NCBI GenBank assembly: GCA_965261595.1
Contig: CBDHDG010000007.1
Span: forward strand, 288,001 to 352,000
Reading direction: 5' to 3'
From: a bacterium
GTDB taxonomy: Bacteria > UBA8248 > JACPRG01 > G963555815
DNA: 64,000 nucleotides
Position 1 is the first letter of the stretch. Each line of letters opens with the position of its first letter. Positions 1 to 8,412 of the stretch are shown piece after piece. Below the pieces are notes generated by a model that ran no database searches, was not told the origin of the DNA, and worked only from the letters and a program-made list of their open reading frames with translations. A program made the position numbers and the translations under genes.

Positions 1-1296
1 CTCCGGCAGAGGGATCTCTTCGTCTTCGACGGCTGGGTCGGGGCCGACGTCCGTCACCGGATGGGCGTGCGCATCATCACCGAGAAGGCCTGGCACAACC
101 TGTTCGCCAAGACCCTCTTCATCCGGCCGACCCGGGAGGAGCTCGAGTCCCACAAGCCCGAGTTCACCGTCATCGACGCCTGCGAGCTTCACGCCGACCC
201 CGAGACCGACGGCACCCGCTCGCCCACGTTCATCGCCGTCAGCTTCGAGCAGCGCGTCATCATCATTGGGGGCACCCATTACGCCGGGGAGATGAAAAAG
301 GGCATCTTCGGCATCCTCAACTATCTGCTCCCCGAAAAGGGCATCTGCCCCATGCACTGTTCGGCCAACATGGCGGACGACGGCTCGACGGCGCTTTTCT
401 TCGGCCTCTCGGGCACGGGGAAGACCACCCTCTCCGCCGACCCGAACCGCCGCCTCATCGGCGACGACGAGCACGGCTGGACGGACAACGGCATCTTCAA
501 CTTCGAAGGCGGGTGCTACGCCAAGACCATCAACCTCTCCCGCGAGGGCGAGCCCCAGATCTGGGACGCCATCCGTTTCGGCTCCGTCCTCGAGAACGTC
601 ATCGTCGACCCCGAGACCCGCGAGGTGGATTACGACGACGACACCATCACCGAGAACACCCGCGCGACCTATCCGGTCGAGCACATCGACAACTGCGTCA
701 TCCCCGGCGTGGGCGGGCACCCGGCGGACGTAATCTTCCTCACGTGCGACGCCTTCGGCGTCCTGCCGCCCATCAGCCGGCTCACCATCGACCAGGCCAT
801 GTACTACTTCCTCTCGGGCTACACGGCCAAGGTGGCCGGCACGGAGGCCGGACTCAGCGAGCCGGAGGCCACGTTCAGCACGTGCTTCGGCGCCCCCTTC
901 CTGGCCCATCACCCCACCCGCTACGCCGAGTTGCTGCGCGAAAAAGTGACCCGGCACAAATCGGCCGTCTGGCTGGTGAACACCGGCTGGATCGGCGGCG
1001 CGGCGGGCTCGGTCCCCCGGATGAAGCTGGTCCACACCCGGGCGCTGCTGACGGCCGCCATGGGCCGCAAGCTCGACGACGTAAGCGCCTCGCCCGACCC
1101 TGTCTTCGGCGTCCTCGTTCCGGATTCCTGCCCGGGCGTTCCCGCCGAAATCCTCAAGCCGGCCAACGCCTGGAAGGATCACAAGGAATACGAGGCCAAG
1201 GCCCGGGAGCTGGCGAAGCACTTCGAAGAGAACTTTCGGCAGTACGCCGACCAGGCGACCGCGGAGGTCGTCGCGGCCGGGCCGAAATCCGCTTAG
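1..1296 (+). CDS. pckA: Phosphoenolpyruvate carboxykinase (ATP), 5'-truncated by window edge
   Basis: YAGEMKK, MHCSAN, kinase-1a [24 protein letters not shown] motifs; frame open from base 1. Confidence 0.97.
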   Translation, partial: LRQRDLFVFDGWVGADVRHRMGVRIITEKAWHNLFAKTLFIRPTREELESHKPEFTVIDACELHADPETDGTRSPTFIAVSFEQRVIIIGGTHYAGEMKKGIFGILNYLLPEKGICPMHCSANMADDGSTALFFGLSGTGKTTLSADPNRRLIGDDEHGWTDNGIFNFEGGCYAKTINLSREGEPQIWDAIRFGSVLENVIVDPETREVDYDDDTITENTRATYPVEHIDNCVIPGVGGHPADVIFLTCDAFGVLPPISRLTIDQAMYYFLSGYTAKVAGTEAGLSEPEATFSTCFGAPFLAHHPTRYAELLREKVTRHKSAVWLVNTGWIGGAAGSVPRMKLVHTRALLTAAMGRKLDDVSASPDPVFGVLVPDSCPGVPAEILKPANAWKDHKEYEAKARELAKHFEENFRQYADQATAEVVAAGPKSA

Positions 1297-1326
1297 CCGA
1301 AAAGCGTTCCTTGGGGAGCGGCCGAG

Positions 1327-1788
1327 ATGGCCACGGACGCCACGACGCCTGTTGATATCCGCATCGACAAGAAGCGGCTGCTCTACGTTGCCTGGAAGGA
1401 CGGCCACGTCAGCCGGTTTCCCCTCGGCTATCTCCGCAAGCTCTGCCCGTGCGCGACGTGCAACGACCTCCGGCAGAAGCTTTGCGACGCACAGCCTCAA
1501 CCTCCGGCCGGCGGCGGCTTCACGAGCCTCAACGTCCTCCCGGACGCCGCCCCGAGGCCGGTTGGGTCCACGGAGATCACCGAAGCCCATCCGGTCGGCC
1601 GGTACGCCCTCCAGTTCGTCTGGAGCGACGGTCACGACACCGGGATTTATTCCTTCGACATCCTCCGCGCCCAGTCGCCCGCCGACCCCTATCAAGCGGA
1701 TGAAATGTGGGAAGGGAAGCGCGTGGCCCGGCTCGGCGAGGACCTCGAAGCCGAATCCCGCGCGAAGAACGCCCCGCTCTGGGAGTAG
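1327..1788 (+). CDS. DUF971 / gamma-butyrobetaine hydroxylase-like N-terminal domain protein
   Basis: LRKLCPCATC and PVGRYALQFVWSDGHDTGIYSF motifs; GGAG RBS. Confidence 0.85.
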   Translation: MATDATTPVDIRIDKKRLLYVAWKDGHVSRFPLGYLRKLCPCATCNDLRQKLCDAQPQPPAGGGFTSLNVLPDAAPRPVGSTEITEAHPVGRYALQFVWSDGHDTGIYSFDILRAQSPADPYQADEMWEGKRVARLGEDLEAESRAKNAPLWE

Positions 1789-1804
1789 CGGCCTCTAAAT
1801 GAGA

Positions 1805-1828
1805 CACTGGCGGACAAGCCGCCAGTGG
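1805..1828. repeat. Palindrome CACTGGCGG-ACAAG-CCGCCAGTG between convergent genes (terminator or REP-like)
   Basis: 9-bp perfect inverted repeat just after the stop of 1327..1788. Confidence 0.5.
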
Positions 1829-1895
1829 CGCCCGTCTTTGAGGAGGTTCGGAATTCGTGAAGTTATCTACGTAACGCGACACTAACCATTCCCCC

Positions 1896-3350
1896 TCACT
1901 TCCGGTCCCAACTCCTCACACCCGGTTTCAGGTCATCGGTCGTCAGGATCACGGGCTTCAACAAGTCCCCGCCCTTCTCCCCGATGAGGCGAAGGGTGAC
2001 GCGGGGGGGGTCGGCCGTCGTATCGAACTCCAGAAGTCCGAAATTCTTCGAGAACGCGTTCGGGGGGCGAACGGGGCGAAATCCCCCGGGCAGAAATCTC
2101 CCCCGGTACACCCCCTGGGCCAGGGGGGAGCTGATGACCTCATACAGGTCGTACCCCCCGAAATCCGACCAGGGGATAACGTTGATCCGCGGCAAGTGGC
2201 TGTCGCCCGCCAGAAGAAAAACCCCGGTGATCCCATGGTCCCGGATATACCTGAAAATCTCGTCCCGCTCGTTGAGGAACGCCCCCCACGAATCTCCGAA
2301 GCCGCCCTTCCCCTCCGTCCAGGCGCCCGAGGCGACCAGGACCTTGAAGACCACCCGGCTTCTCCGCAACTCCGCCTTCAGCCATTCTTTCTGCCGGGTC
2401 CCGAGGTGGGTCTTCTCCGGTCCAGCCAGGGCGCGGTTTGGATCGCGGTGCGTGCGGGTGTCGAGGAGAAAAAAATCCACGTCCCCGATGGACCACCGGA
2501 AGAAGACACCCGGGGTTCCTGGAAGGCCATATCCGGGATTGGCCCAATACTCCCGGAAGACCCGCAAAGAATTCCCTTTGCCGGAAAACCGCCGGTCGCC
2601 GTCATTGAGGCCGAAATCGTGGTCGTCCCAGATAGCGAGCTGCGGAACGGAGGCCTGGAAATCGAGAAGGTTTTTCACCCCGCGCTGACGCCGGTATTTC
2701 CGGCGCAACACCGACGGATTCCCGGAGTCGCCATAGATGTTGTCCCCCAGCCACAGGAAGGCGTGGGGACGGGCCGAAGAAACCGCCCGCCAAATCCGCT
2801 GGACCGGGTCCACGTCTACGGACGCGCACGAGCCGAAGGCGACCCGGAATTTTCCCGGCGTCCGGGATGGAGGAAGCGTCCGGAAGACCCGCGCGGGTCG
2901 GGATTTTCCCCCGACCGCCTCCTTCCCGTTGATGAGAAGTTCATAGCGGTAGGCCGTGTCCGGATCGAGACCCGACAACGCAATGACTGCCGTGTAATCG
3001 TATTCCGGAAGCGCCGCGACGGCCCGTGACGCCAGTCCCCGCCCGTTCTTTTCGGATTTCACCGCCCGGTAGCGAACCTGAACCTTGTGATTCCCATTCA
3101 CGCGGACCCAGATCCTCGCTTCCCGATCCGAGACGAACCCAACCATGGGCCCCTGTAGAAGGCGGGGCGGCTTTTGGGAGCTGTCGGTGATTCCGGTTGT
3201 GGCGACGGGTTGGGACAGGGCTTGGCCGAGAAGCGGGCCGGAGGAGATCAGGAGGGCAAAGGCAGTCGCGGGAAAGGCCAATGCCCTGGCGGTCCCTACC
3301 GTGAAACCGCCGGAGCGGAGCCTTTTTCGCAGAAAAATCCGTTCAGTCAA
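1896..3350 (-). CDS. phoD: Alkaline phosphatase D (PhoD) family phosphoesterase
   Basis: AFGSC, WLGDNIYGD, WDDHDFG, LLDTR, GDSH metallophosphatase motifs; N-terminal hydrophobic export signal; start uncertain. Confidence 0.88.
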   Translation of the reverse strand: MTERIFLRKRLRSGGFTVGTARALAFPATAFALLISSGPLLGQALSQPVATTGITDSSQKPPRLLQGPMVGFVSDREARIWVRVNGNHKVQVRYRAVKSEKNGRGLASRAVAALPEYDYTAVIALSGLDPDTAYRYELLINGKEAVGGKSRPARVFRTLPPSRTPGKFRVAFGSCASVDVDPVQRIWRAVSSARPHAFLWLGDNIYGDSGNPSVLRRKYRRQRGVKNLLDFQASVPQLAIWDDHDFGLNDGDRRFSGKGNSLRVFREYWANPGYGLPGTPGVFFRWSIGDVDFFLLDTRTHRDPNRALAGPEKTHLGTRQKEWLKAELRRSRVVFKVLVASGAWTEGKGGFGDSWGAFLNERDEIFRYIRDHGITGVFLLAGDSHLPRINVIPWSDFGGYDLYEVISSPLAQGVYRGRFLPGGFRPVRPPNAFSKNFGLLEFDTTADPPRVTLRLIGEKGGDLLKPVILTTDDLKPGVRSWDRK

Positions 3351-3362
3351 TCGTTTTTCCGC

Positions 3363-3437
3363 TCAGTCGCGAGCGATGAAGATGCAGATAGCCTCAAGGT
3401 CATCGAAAGCCTGTGGCGTCCACCTTACTTAAGCCAT
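3363..3437 (-). pseudogene. RelE/ParE toxin N-terminal remnant (MA*VRWTPQAFDDLEAICIFIARD*)
   Basis: Overlaps antitoxin end; typical RelE/ParE N-terminus; stop at codon 3 and truncation after 24 codons. Confidence 0.7.
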
Positions 3438-3607
3438 CCAGCCATCCGCCGGCGGGCCTCCTCCTGACTGATCATCTCTCCACGGTTCGCTTGGCGAAGA
3501 CCCCTGTGAATCTTGTAGAGCAGGTATAGTCGGTCGATGGCGTCCCCAACACTGGCGTCGTCGGGCAGTTCTTCGATTGCCTTCAAGATCTGTTGCTTGG
3601 CTTCCAC
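3425..3607 (-). CDS. Putative type II antitoxin (RelE/ParE partner), copy 1
   Basis: GTG start with GGAGG RBS; IEELPDDAS...KIHRGLRQANRGEMISQEEARRRM pattern resembles 6433..6618. Confidence 0.75.
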   Translation of the reverse strand: MEAKQQILKAIEELPDDASVGDAIDRLYLLYKIHRGLRQANRGEMISQEEARRRMAGWLK

Positions 3608-3684
3608 AATGCACCCTCCCATCAAAGTTCAGCTATAGCGTAGCATGAACTCTGTCCGGGATCACTTCGCTTACCGCCGCGGGT

Positions 3685-3744
3685 GTATAACGACAGGCCT
3701 GAGCCGCGCGCGCAAGCGCGTCGGCCTCCAGGGGTTTGTTAGCG
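3685..3744 (-). repeat. attC site (60 bp)
   Basis: Minus strand: CGCTAAC-AAACCCCTGGAGGCCGACGCGC-TT-GCGCGCGCGGCTCAGGCCTGTC-GTTATAC, 10 nt after the stop of the upstream cassette ORF. Confidence 0.85.
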
Positions 3745-3754
3745 CTGAATATGA

Positions 3755-4343
3755 TCACAATAACCCCACTCGGTATACGCGAGCATAGTGATCTCGTGGG
3801 AGGGACTTGGACAATACGCCAATTACGTGAGCGTCGAACTCCCCGCCAAGCGCGTTTGTGAAAGTCATGGGCTTACCCGCGAAATATTCCGGCCGGATGT
3901 CCATTTCAGCCCCAGAAGGCAGCCCGAAAAAATGTTCGTATCCGTTGCTCGGGTTTCTAAAGTAAACTGCCATCTCTTCAGTCGTCACATAGACGAAGTA
4001 GCAGGTGTCCTTTGTGGCTTCGTGTACCAAGAGAAGTCGGTGCAGATCTCGGAAGACGTATCCAGCTTTTCGCGTCTTGGGTTGATTCTTCCCGCCGGGC
4101 GGATCACGGTCGTACTTGAACTCGATGGCGATTGACTGCCCACCGTAGTTTGGCAACCAGGTATCAACGTACGCGCGAGGTATAGCGGGGTGAGGATACT
4201 CGAGAACAACGTCGTCAGGAGGAACCCCGTCATAAAGGAGGGCAGCAAAGAGTGTGTACCGGACCAGAATCTTCGGTTGTCACGACGCCCTTCTCGAGGC
4301 GCACCTCAAGAAGTCTGCCGAACTCTTGAAACACCTTGTTCAT
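3755..4343 (-). pseudogene. Cassette gene, PD-(D/E)XK nuclease-like, +1 frameshift near 4265
   Basis: MNKVFQEF...TTEDS joins VRYTLFAALL...LEYPHP...VDTW...IAIEFKYDR after removing one base; D...EFK catalytic pattern. Confidence 0.6.
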
Positions 4344-4353
4344 TCTAACTTGG

Positions 4354-4420
4354 GGGAATCTGGGGGACACCATACCTATTTCTCAAAGTCAAGAATTTAG
4401 TATGGTGTCCCTGGAATCCC
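4354..4420. repeat. ~67-bp palindromic miniature element (GGGGACACCATAC...GTATGGTGTCCC), copy 1
   Basis: 12-bp inverted repeats flanking an AT-rich core; near-identical to 6701-6767. Confidence 0.85.
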
Positions 4421-4430
4421 GTGCGGTCTC

Positions 4431-4733
4431 TCATCTTCGCTGTTTCCAAGTGTCCGGGTGACGGTGCATATGCAGAACGGCAAGGATGACTACTCGATTC
4501 GGCTTCGGTTCAGGCACGAAGTAGATACCGTAAGGAAAGCGACGTAACAACGCACGACGCATGCCTTTCTCAAGCTCAGGAAATTGGAGGGGATTTTCGG
4601 CAATTCTTGCAAAGACCTCCGTGAGGCCGTCCAGAAATCGAGTCCCGAGTCCGCGCTGTTGCTCCTCGTACCATAACGTAGAAATCTCAACGTCAAGTCC
4701 CGCTTCCGGCCGAAGAATCAGCGGCCACGCCAT
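4431..4733 (-). CDS. Type II TA toxin, RelE/ParE family
   Basis: WYEEQQRGLGTRF...NPLQFP...RRALLRRFPYGIYF...ILAVLHMHRHP. Confidence 0.9.
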   Translation of the reverse strand: MAWPLILRPEAGLDVEISTLWYEEQQRGLGTRFLDGLTEVFARIAENPLQFPELEKGMRRALLRRFPYGIYFVPEPKPNRVVILAVLHMHRHPDTWKQRR

Positions 4734-4981
4734 TAGTCGGAGGGTTGGCCGCGAAGCCTGCCTCGCACTTCCTCCCGAACCTGCTCCCAGGTCTTTCCTT
4801 GTTCGGGTTCGGTCCGATAAGCCGCTAGCCTTTCATCTAAGACGCGCAAATGCCAGTTTGGAACGGGGACTTGCTGTGGGGTTGCCAGGATTCGCTCCCA
4901 AAGGGACTGCACATAGTCAATTTTCTCTTCCACCTGGAGTTCGTCGAACCCCGCTGGTGGGTTCGGCACAGCCTCGGCCAT
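4733..4981 (-). CDS. Addiction-module antitoxin (TIGR02574 / Unstab_antitox-like)
   Basis: LQVEEKIDYVQSLWE...VPNWHLRVLDERL...GKTWEQVR; stop overlaps toxin start; GAGGA RBS. Confidence 0.88.
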   Translation of the reverse strand: MAEAVPNPPAGFDELQVEEKIDYVQSLWERILATPQQVPVPNWHLRVLDERLAAYRTEPEQGKTWEQVREEVRGRLRGQPSD

Positions 4982-5057
4982 TATCTTATCCTCCTCAGAA
5001 GGAATCTACGCCGAAACATGCCAATTAGCAATTCTGGCGCTGCGGCCCTGCGAGCCG

Positions 5058-5110
5058 GGGTAACGGCTGCGCTCAGCTACCGACGGGCGAGCAACGCGAA
5101 CCCCCGGTCC
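5058..5110 (-). repeat. attC right half (left arm deleted)
   Basis: Minus strand GGACCGGGGGTTCGCGTTGCTCGCCCGTCGGTAGCTGAGCGCAGCC-GTTACCC, fused directly to truncated antitoxin copy 2. Confidence 0.65.
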
Positions 5111-5229
5111 GTTTGGCGAAGGCCTCTGTCAATCTTGTAGAGCAGGTAGAGTCGGTCGATGGTGTCCTCAACACTGGCGTCGTCGGGCAGTTCTTCGATT
5201 GCCTTCAAAATTTGTTGCTTGGCTTCCAC
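5077..5229 (-). pseudogene. Truncated second copy of the 3425..3607 antitoxin
   Basis: About 5113-5318 is a close repeat of about 3492-3695, including RBS and GTTATAC core site; coding identity stops at RGLRQ. Confidence 0.8.
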
Positions 5230-5307
5230 AATGCACCCTCCGATCAAAGGTCAACCATAGCGTAGCATGAACGCTATCCGGGGCCACCTCGCTTACTCGC
5301 CACGGGT

Positions 5308-5404
5308 GTATAACGACAAAGTTCAGCAGTCGGGGTCGCCGAGAGACGCTGACGCGCGCAGAAACCAGTGGGCGGCCCCGGTCTGCTGCAACGCCATGTT
5401 AGGC
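5308..5404 (-). repeat. attC site (97 bp)
   Basis: Minus strand GCCTAAC-ATGGCGTTGCAGCAGACCGGGG...CCCCGACTGCTGAACTTTGTC-GTTATAC, 7 nt after stop codon. Confidence 0.92.
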
Positions 5405-5411
5405 GCGGCCC

Positions 5412-6044
5412 TTACTCCACACGCTTGTACACGCTGTTCAAGAAGAACAAGAACAAAGGCGTTTTTTCCGACGCTGAGGGCATGCACGCCTTCAAGGACC
5501 CTGCCATCTCCACCACGACGTTGCACGCCCACCGGGCAACCGCTCGCGTGCTGATCTGACCGAGCCAAGATGCCGTCACTTTCGGCCCGAAATCTTCGCA
5601 GAGATCCTTTGCTCGGAGGCGCTGGAGAATCTTGTGCGGCTCTCCCGTAATATTTTCCGGCATCATGTGGATGATGGCATCCCGCATGGAAAAAAGAGTA
5701 TCGAAGTCTTGATAAGGTTGCGAACCCTTATCGTAGCTCTCGCCCCCAAGCACAACCTTGGCGAGAAGAAACTTGAGCCGAATCTCCCCTCTGGAAGCCT
5801 CTGTCTCATCGAGGATCGCCGCGACCGACTGGAGCGGTTTGTAACCGAATAGCGCCGAGTCGGATTCCGCCATTAAAGCAAGTTCCATGACGAAGGCTTC
5901 GAGCGTTGCGGCCGAAAAGAGAATTGCGACCAAGACGTCGTTTTCCGCGCTGGTCTTGTCAGGCGGTGCAGACTTCAGGCGTTCGCAGGCTGAAACTGCA
6001 ACGCCGAAGAGGATGCCAGAGTTTAGGAAGTAGCCGCCCATCAT
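5412..6044 (-). CDS. Cassette protein with HEPN-like RxxxxH motif
   Basis: ATG at 6044 with GGAG RBS just after core site GTTAGGC; AILFSAATLEAF helix and LFSMRDAIIH motif. Confidence 0.65.
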   Translation of the reverse strand: MMGGYFLNSGILFGVAVSACERLKSAPPDKTSAENDVLVAILFSAATLEAFVMELALMAESDSALFGYKPLQSVAAILDETEASRGEIRLKFLLAKVVLGGESYDKGSQPYQDFDTLFSMRDAIIHMMPENITGEPHKILQRLRAKDLCEDFGPKVTASWLGQISTRAVARWACNVVVEMAGSLKACMPSASEKTPLFLFFLNSVYKRVE

Positions 6045-6058
6045 TGCATCTCCACGCC

Positions 6059-6147
6059 GCCTAACGTTAGCGATGACCAAGCGGGCCGGCATAGGTAGAA
6101 GAGCAGGGTTTTAGGCATAATCCCGTCTGTCCATTACATGGTTATGC
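6059..6147 (-). repeat. attC-like site (possibly hybrid)
   Basis: GCATAAC 4 nt after toxin stop ... GTTAGGC before next ORF; internal arms pair poorly. Confidence 0.6.
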
Positions 6148-6151
6148 GCGA

Positions 6152-6445
6152 TCAGAGCTGATACTTGCTGATATCGAGCGAACCGTGGAAGACACCCAGG
6201 ACATCGATGTTCCGCCCATCCTTGATCAGATAGGCGATGCGGTAGTGGCCGTAGAGGAGAATCCGTACATGGCGGCTCGCTCCCCAATAGCGATGCCCCA
6301 TCTCAGGAAAGTCAGCCAGCACCTGCGTCCGCTCGTAGATGCCGTTGACGGTTTGGGCAGCCGCGTGCGGATTATCCTGGGCAATGTACTCGAAGATGTC
6401 CTTGAGCCAATGCTGAGCCTCTGCGGTCCAAGTTATCTCTGCCAT
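6152..6445 (-). CDS. Type II TA toxin, RelE/ParE family
   Basis: ITWTAEAQHWLKDIFEYIAQDNP...LADFPEMG...YGHYRIAYLI...GVFHG. Confidence 0.9.
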   Translation of the reverse strand: MAEITWTAEAQHWLKDIFEYIAQDNPHAAAQTVNGIYERTQVLADFPEMGHRYWGASRHVRILLYGHYRIAYLIKDGRNIDVLGVFHGSLDISKYQL

Positions 6446-6618
6446 GAGCGGATGCGTCGCGCCATCTCATCATTCGAGATGACTCGGCCCGCGTCTGAGT
6501 CAGTAAGCCCCCGCTCGACCATGACGTGAAAGGCCAGTTCACGAACGATCTCGTCGCGCGAGCTGTCCTCCGGTTGCTCTTCGATGAGCTTCGTCAGTTC
6601 TTGCTTCGCTTTCGACAT
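6433..6618 (-). CDS. Cognate type II antitoxin
   Basis: GGAGG RBS; overlaps toxin start; EEQPEDSS...VERGLTDSDAGRVIS pattern. Confidence 0.8.
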   Translation of the reverse strand: MSKAKQELTKLIEEQPEDSSRDEIVRELAFHVMVERGLTDSDAGRVISNDEMARRIRSWQR

Positions 6619-6677
6619 AGGCCACGCCTCCAGTCTGCCTTGAATCTTGTCACACTCAAAGAATACGATCAAATAGC

Positions 6678-6791
6678 AGATAACGACCCTGGCGTTCAGC
6701 GGGAATCTGGGGGGACACCCTACTTATTTCTCAAAGTCAATAATTTAGTATGGTGTCCCCGAATCCCGGCAGATTCAGCAGCTTGTTAGCT
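6678..6791 (-). repeat. attC site interrupted by miniature palindromic element
   Basis: AGCTAAC-AAGCTGCTGAATCTGCC [element] CGCTGAACGCCAGGGTC-GTTATCT. Confidence 0.7.
6701..6767. repeat. ~67-bp palindromic miniature element, copy 2
   Basis: GGGAATCTGGGGGGACACCCTACTTATTTCTCAAAGTCAATAATTTAGTATGGTGTCCCCGAATCCC, near-identical to 4354-4420. Confidence 0.85.
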
Positions 6792-6801
6792 AGGCAGCGT
6801 A

Positions 6802-7467
6802 TCATATGGTCCTGTGGCCTCGTCCATCATGGGACACTACTACGAGAGCCCACAAATTGGTGGACAACGCCATTTCGAGGGCAGCGATGTGTGCAAATGC
6901 CCTATAATTGTGCAGTATAATTGATTCGGCGAAGGTCTCTCCTATCACGTTGACGGGAAGCGCGTCCCGCATCGCATGATGCCAGGAAAAGAACCCATGC
7001 GATTTGAATGGACCCTCCTGCTCATATGCGATGGCTACTAGAATGTTCTTCAGCAAACGACATATTTGCCCACGCCACGCCTCGGGAAGCGGGTTCTGTT
7101 TGTCCCAAGCCGAGGCCGCCATGAACACAGCAGCCTGCATCTCAGGATCATCATCACAAGCTTTTAGAAGTTCAGCAGTGTGGAGCGTGCCCTTCTTGAT
7201 TTTCCAGTAGGCGCCGAAAGTGCCGTCACGTGTAAGGGAAACCCGCCGCGTCGGGATTTCAGCGGTCGGCCACCAATCAATGATGCCAGAACCAATTCGG
7301 AGTCCATTCTTCGGGGAGGAAACGGGGACCTCCTAGAATCGGACCGGAAGGGCTGCATCGAATCCCAACGTCATGCACGCAATCCGCCACGCGGAATACA
7401 GGTCAGGCCAACTCGGAGAAACGGGGGCTTGATGTTCGCCACGTTTACGCATTTGACTCTCTGGCAT
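6802..7467 (-). pseudogene. Cassette hypothetical gene (~221 codons) with internal TAG at 7333-7335
   Basis: ATG directly follows core site GTTAGCC (7468-7474); frame continues into ORF 6802..7140 with a single amber codon. Confidence 0.6.
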
Positions 7468-7630
7468 GGCTAACATTGTTTATATCGATCCGCATAACAC
7501 CCCAAATGCCGTGTCGATTGCCGTATAAGACGCCTGCGCAAAAGACAACGTTCGGGCATAACCAATGAGATATCACCTGTTGCGTCGAGGCGCTGTTCTT
7601 ATCACGGTGTTTTATACGGATCGGCATAAA
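7468..7630 (-). other. attI-like motifs (two imperfect direct repeats)
   Basis: TTATGCGGATCGATATAAACAAT-GTTAGCC and TTATGCCGATCCGTATAAAACACC-GTGATAA; no attC-like hairpin. Confidence 0.4.
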
Positions 7631-7652
7631 CCCTCATGATAACCTCAGAACA

Positions 7653-7736
7653 CATCGACGGGGCTGCGGAGCAGCGGCGGGAGGACTCGCAAGCTCGCTC
7701 GCGTGGACGACCGTTCGCTGCAGCCGCTTGATGGCC
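7653..7736 (-). repeat. Degenerate attC site
   Basis: GGCCATC-AAGCGGCTGCAGCGAACGG...CCGCCGCTGCTCCGCAGCCCC-GTCGATG; core AAC/GTT mutated to ATC/GTC. Confidence 0.55.
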
Positions 7737-7762
7737 GGCGCACCGAATCAAACGCTTTTGGC

Positions 7763-8215
7763 TCATATCGTGAGGTCGACTTCACAATCAAGGACGTGAA
7801 GGAGTGACAACAACGGGTCTATGGATTTGCGGTAATTCGTCTGATCGAGAAGTCGGTAGAATTGGGCCGCGGAAGTGCCAAGCCGCCGTATGATCTCCCG
7901 CTTGGACAACGGGCTGGCATCCACCCGTTTTTGAGCCTCGATGGTCAATTTGTAAAGGAGCAGATCTCTCAAATACCTGGGGTCCTGGTTGTATTCAAGG
8001 ACCTGCTCGATGTGAACTGTCCCCTCTTTGCCCGATTCCAGGACGTAAGTGAAACCTTCCCGGCCTAACTCCTTATCCACAAACACCCGGTCGATAGGGT
8101 CTTCGGCCGTCGGCTTTGGATTGACCTTGGCATAGGGAAAAACCAAGGTCTTAGCCGAGGCCGTCACCTCGAATGCTTTCTTTCGGTTGTTGTATGTGAC
8201 AGATCGGATCTTCAT
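7763..8215 (-). CDS. Putative antitoxin with C-terminal XRE-like HTH
   Basis: LSKREIIRRLGTSAAQFYRLLD helix-turn-helix; ATGA overlap with upstream small gene. Confidence 0.7.
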   Translation of the reverse strand: MKIRSVTYNNRKKAFEVTASAKTLVFPYAKVNPKPTAEDPIDRVFVDKELGREGFTYVLESGKEGTVHIEQVLEYNQDPRYLRDLLLYKLTIEAQKRVDASPLSKREIIRRLGTSAAQFYRLLDQTNYRKSIDPLLSLLHVLDCEVDLTI

Positions 8216-8406
8216 AACAAGCCTTCAGCATCCAGTTCCTCTATGAGTTCAAGAACTCTCCTTACTGCTTCGCCCTTCATGGGTTTCCTGTGGCCCAAAT
8301 CCCATTTCACCACGAGCTTCCCGTCCCGATAGACATGCACGTGTCGAGGGGGATGATCACCCTTCCAGGTGACAAAGACATCGCCACCCCGTCGAATCTT
8401 CCCCAC
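8212..8406 (-). CDS. DUF4160-like putative toxin
   Basis: 64 aa, DHPPRHVHV motif. Confidence 0.7.
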   Translation of the reverse strand: MGKIRRGGDVFVTWKGDHPPRHVHVYRDGKLVVKWDLGHRKPMKGEAVRRVLELIEELDAEGLL

Positions 8407-8412
8407 ATAATA

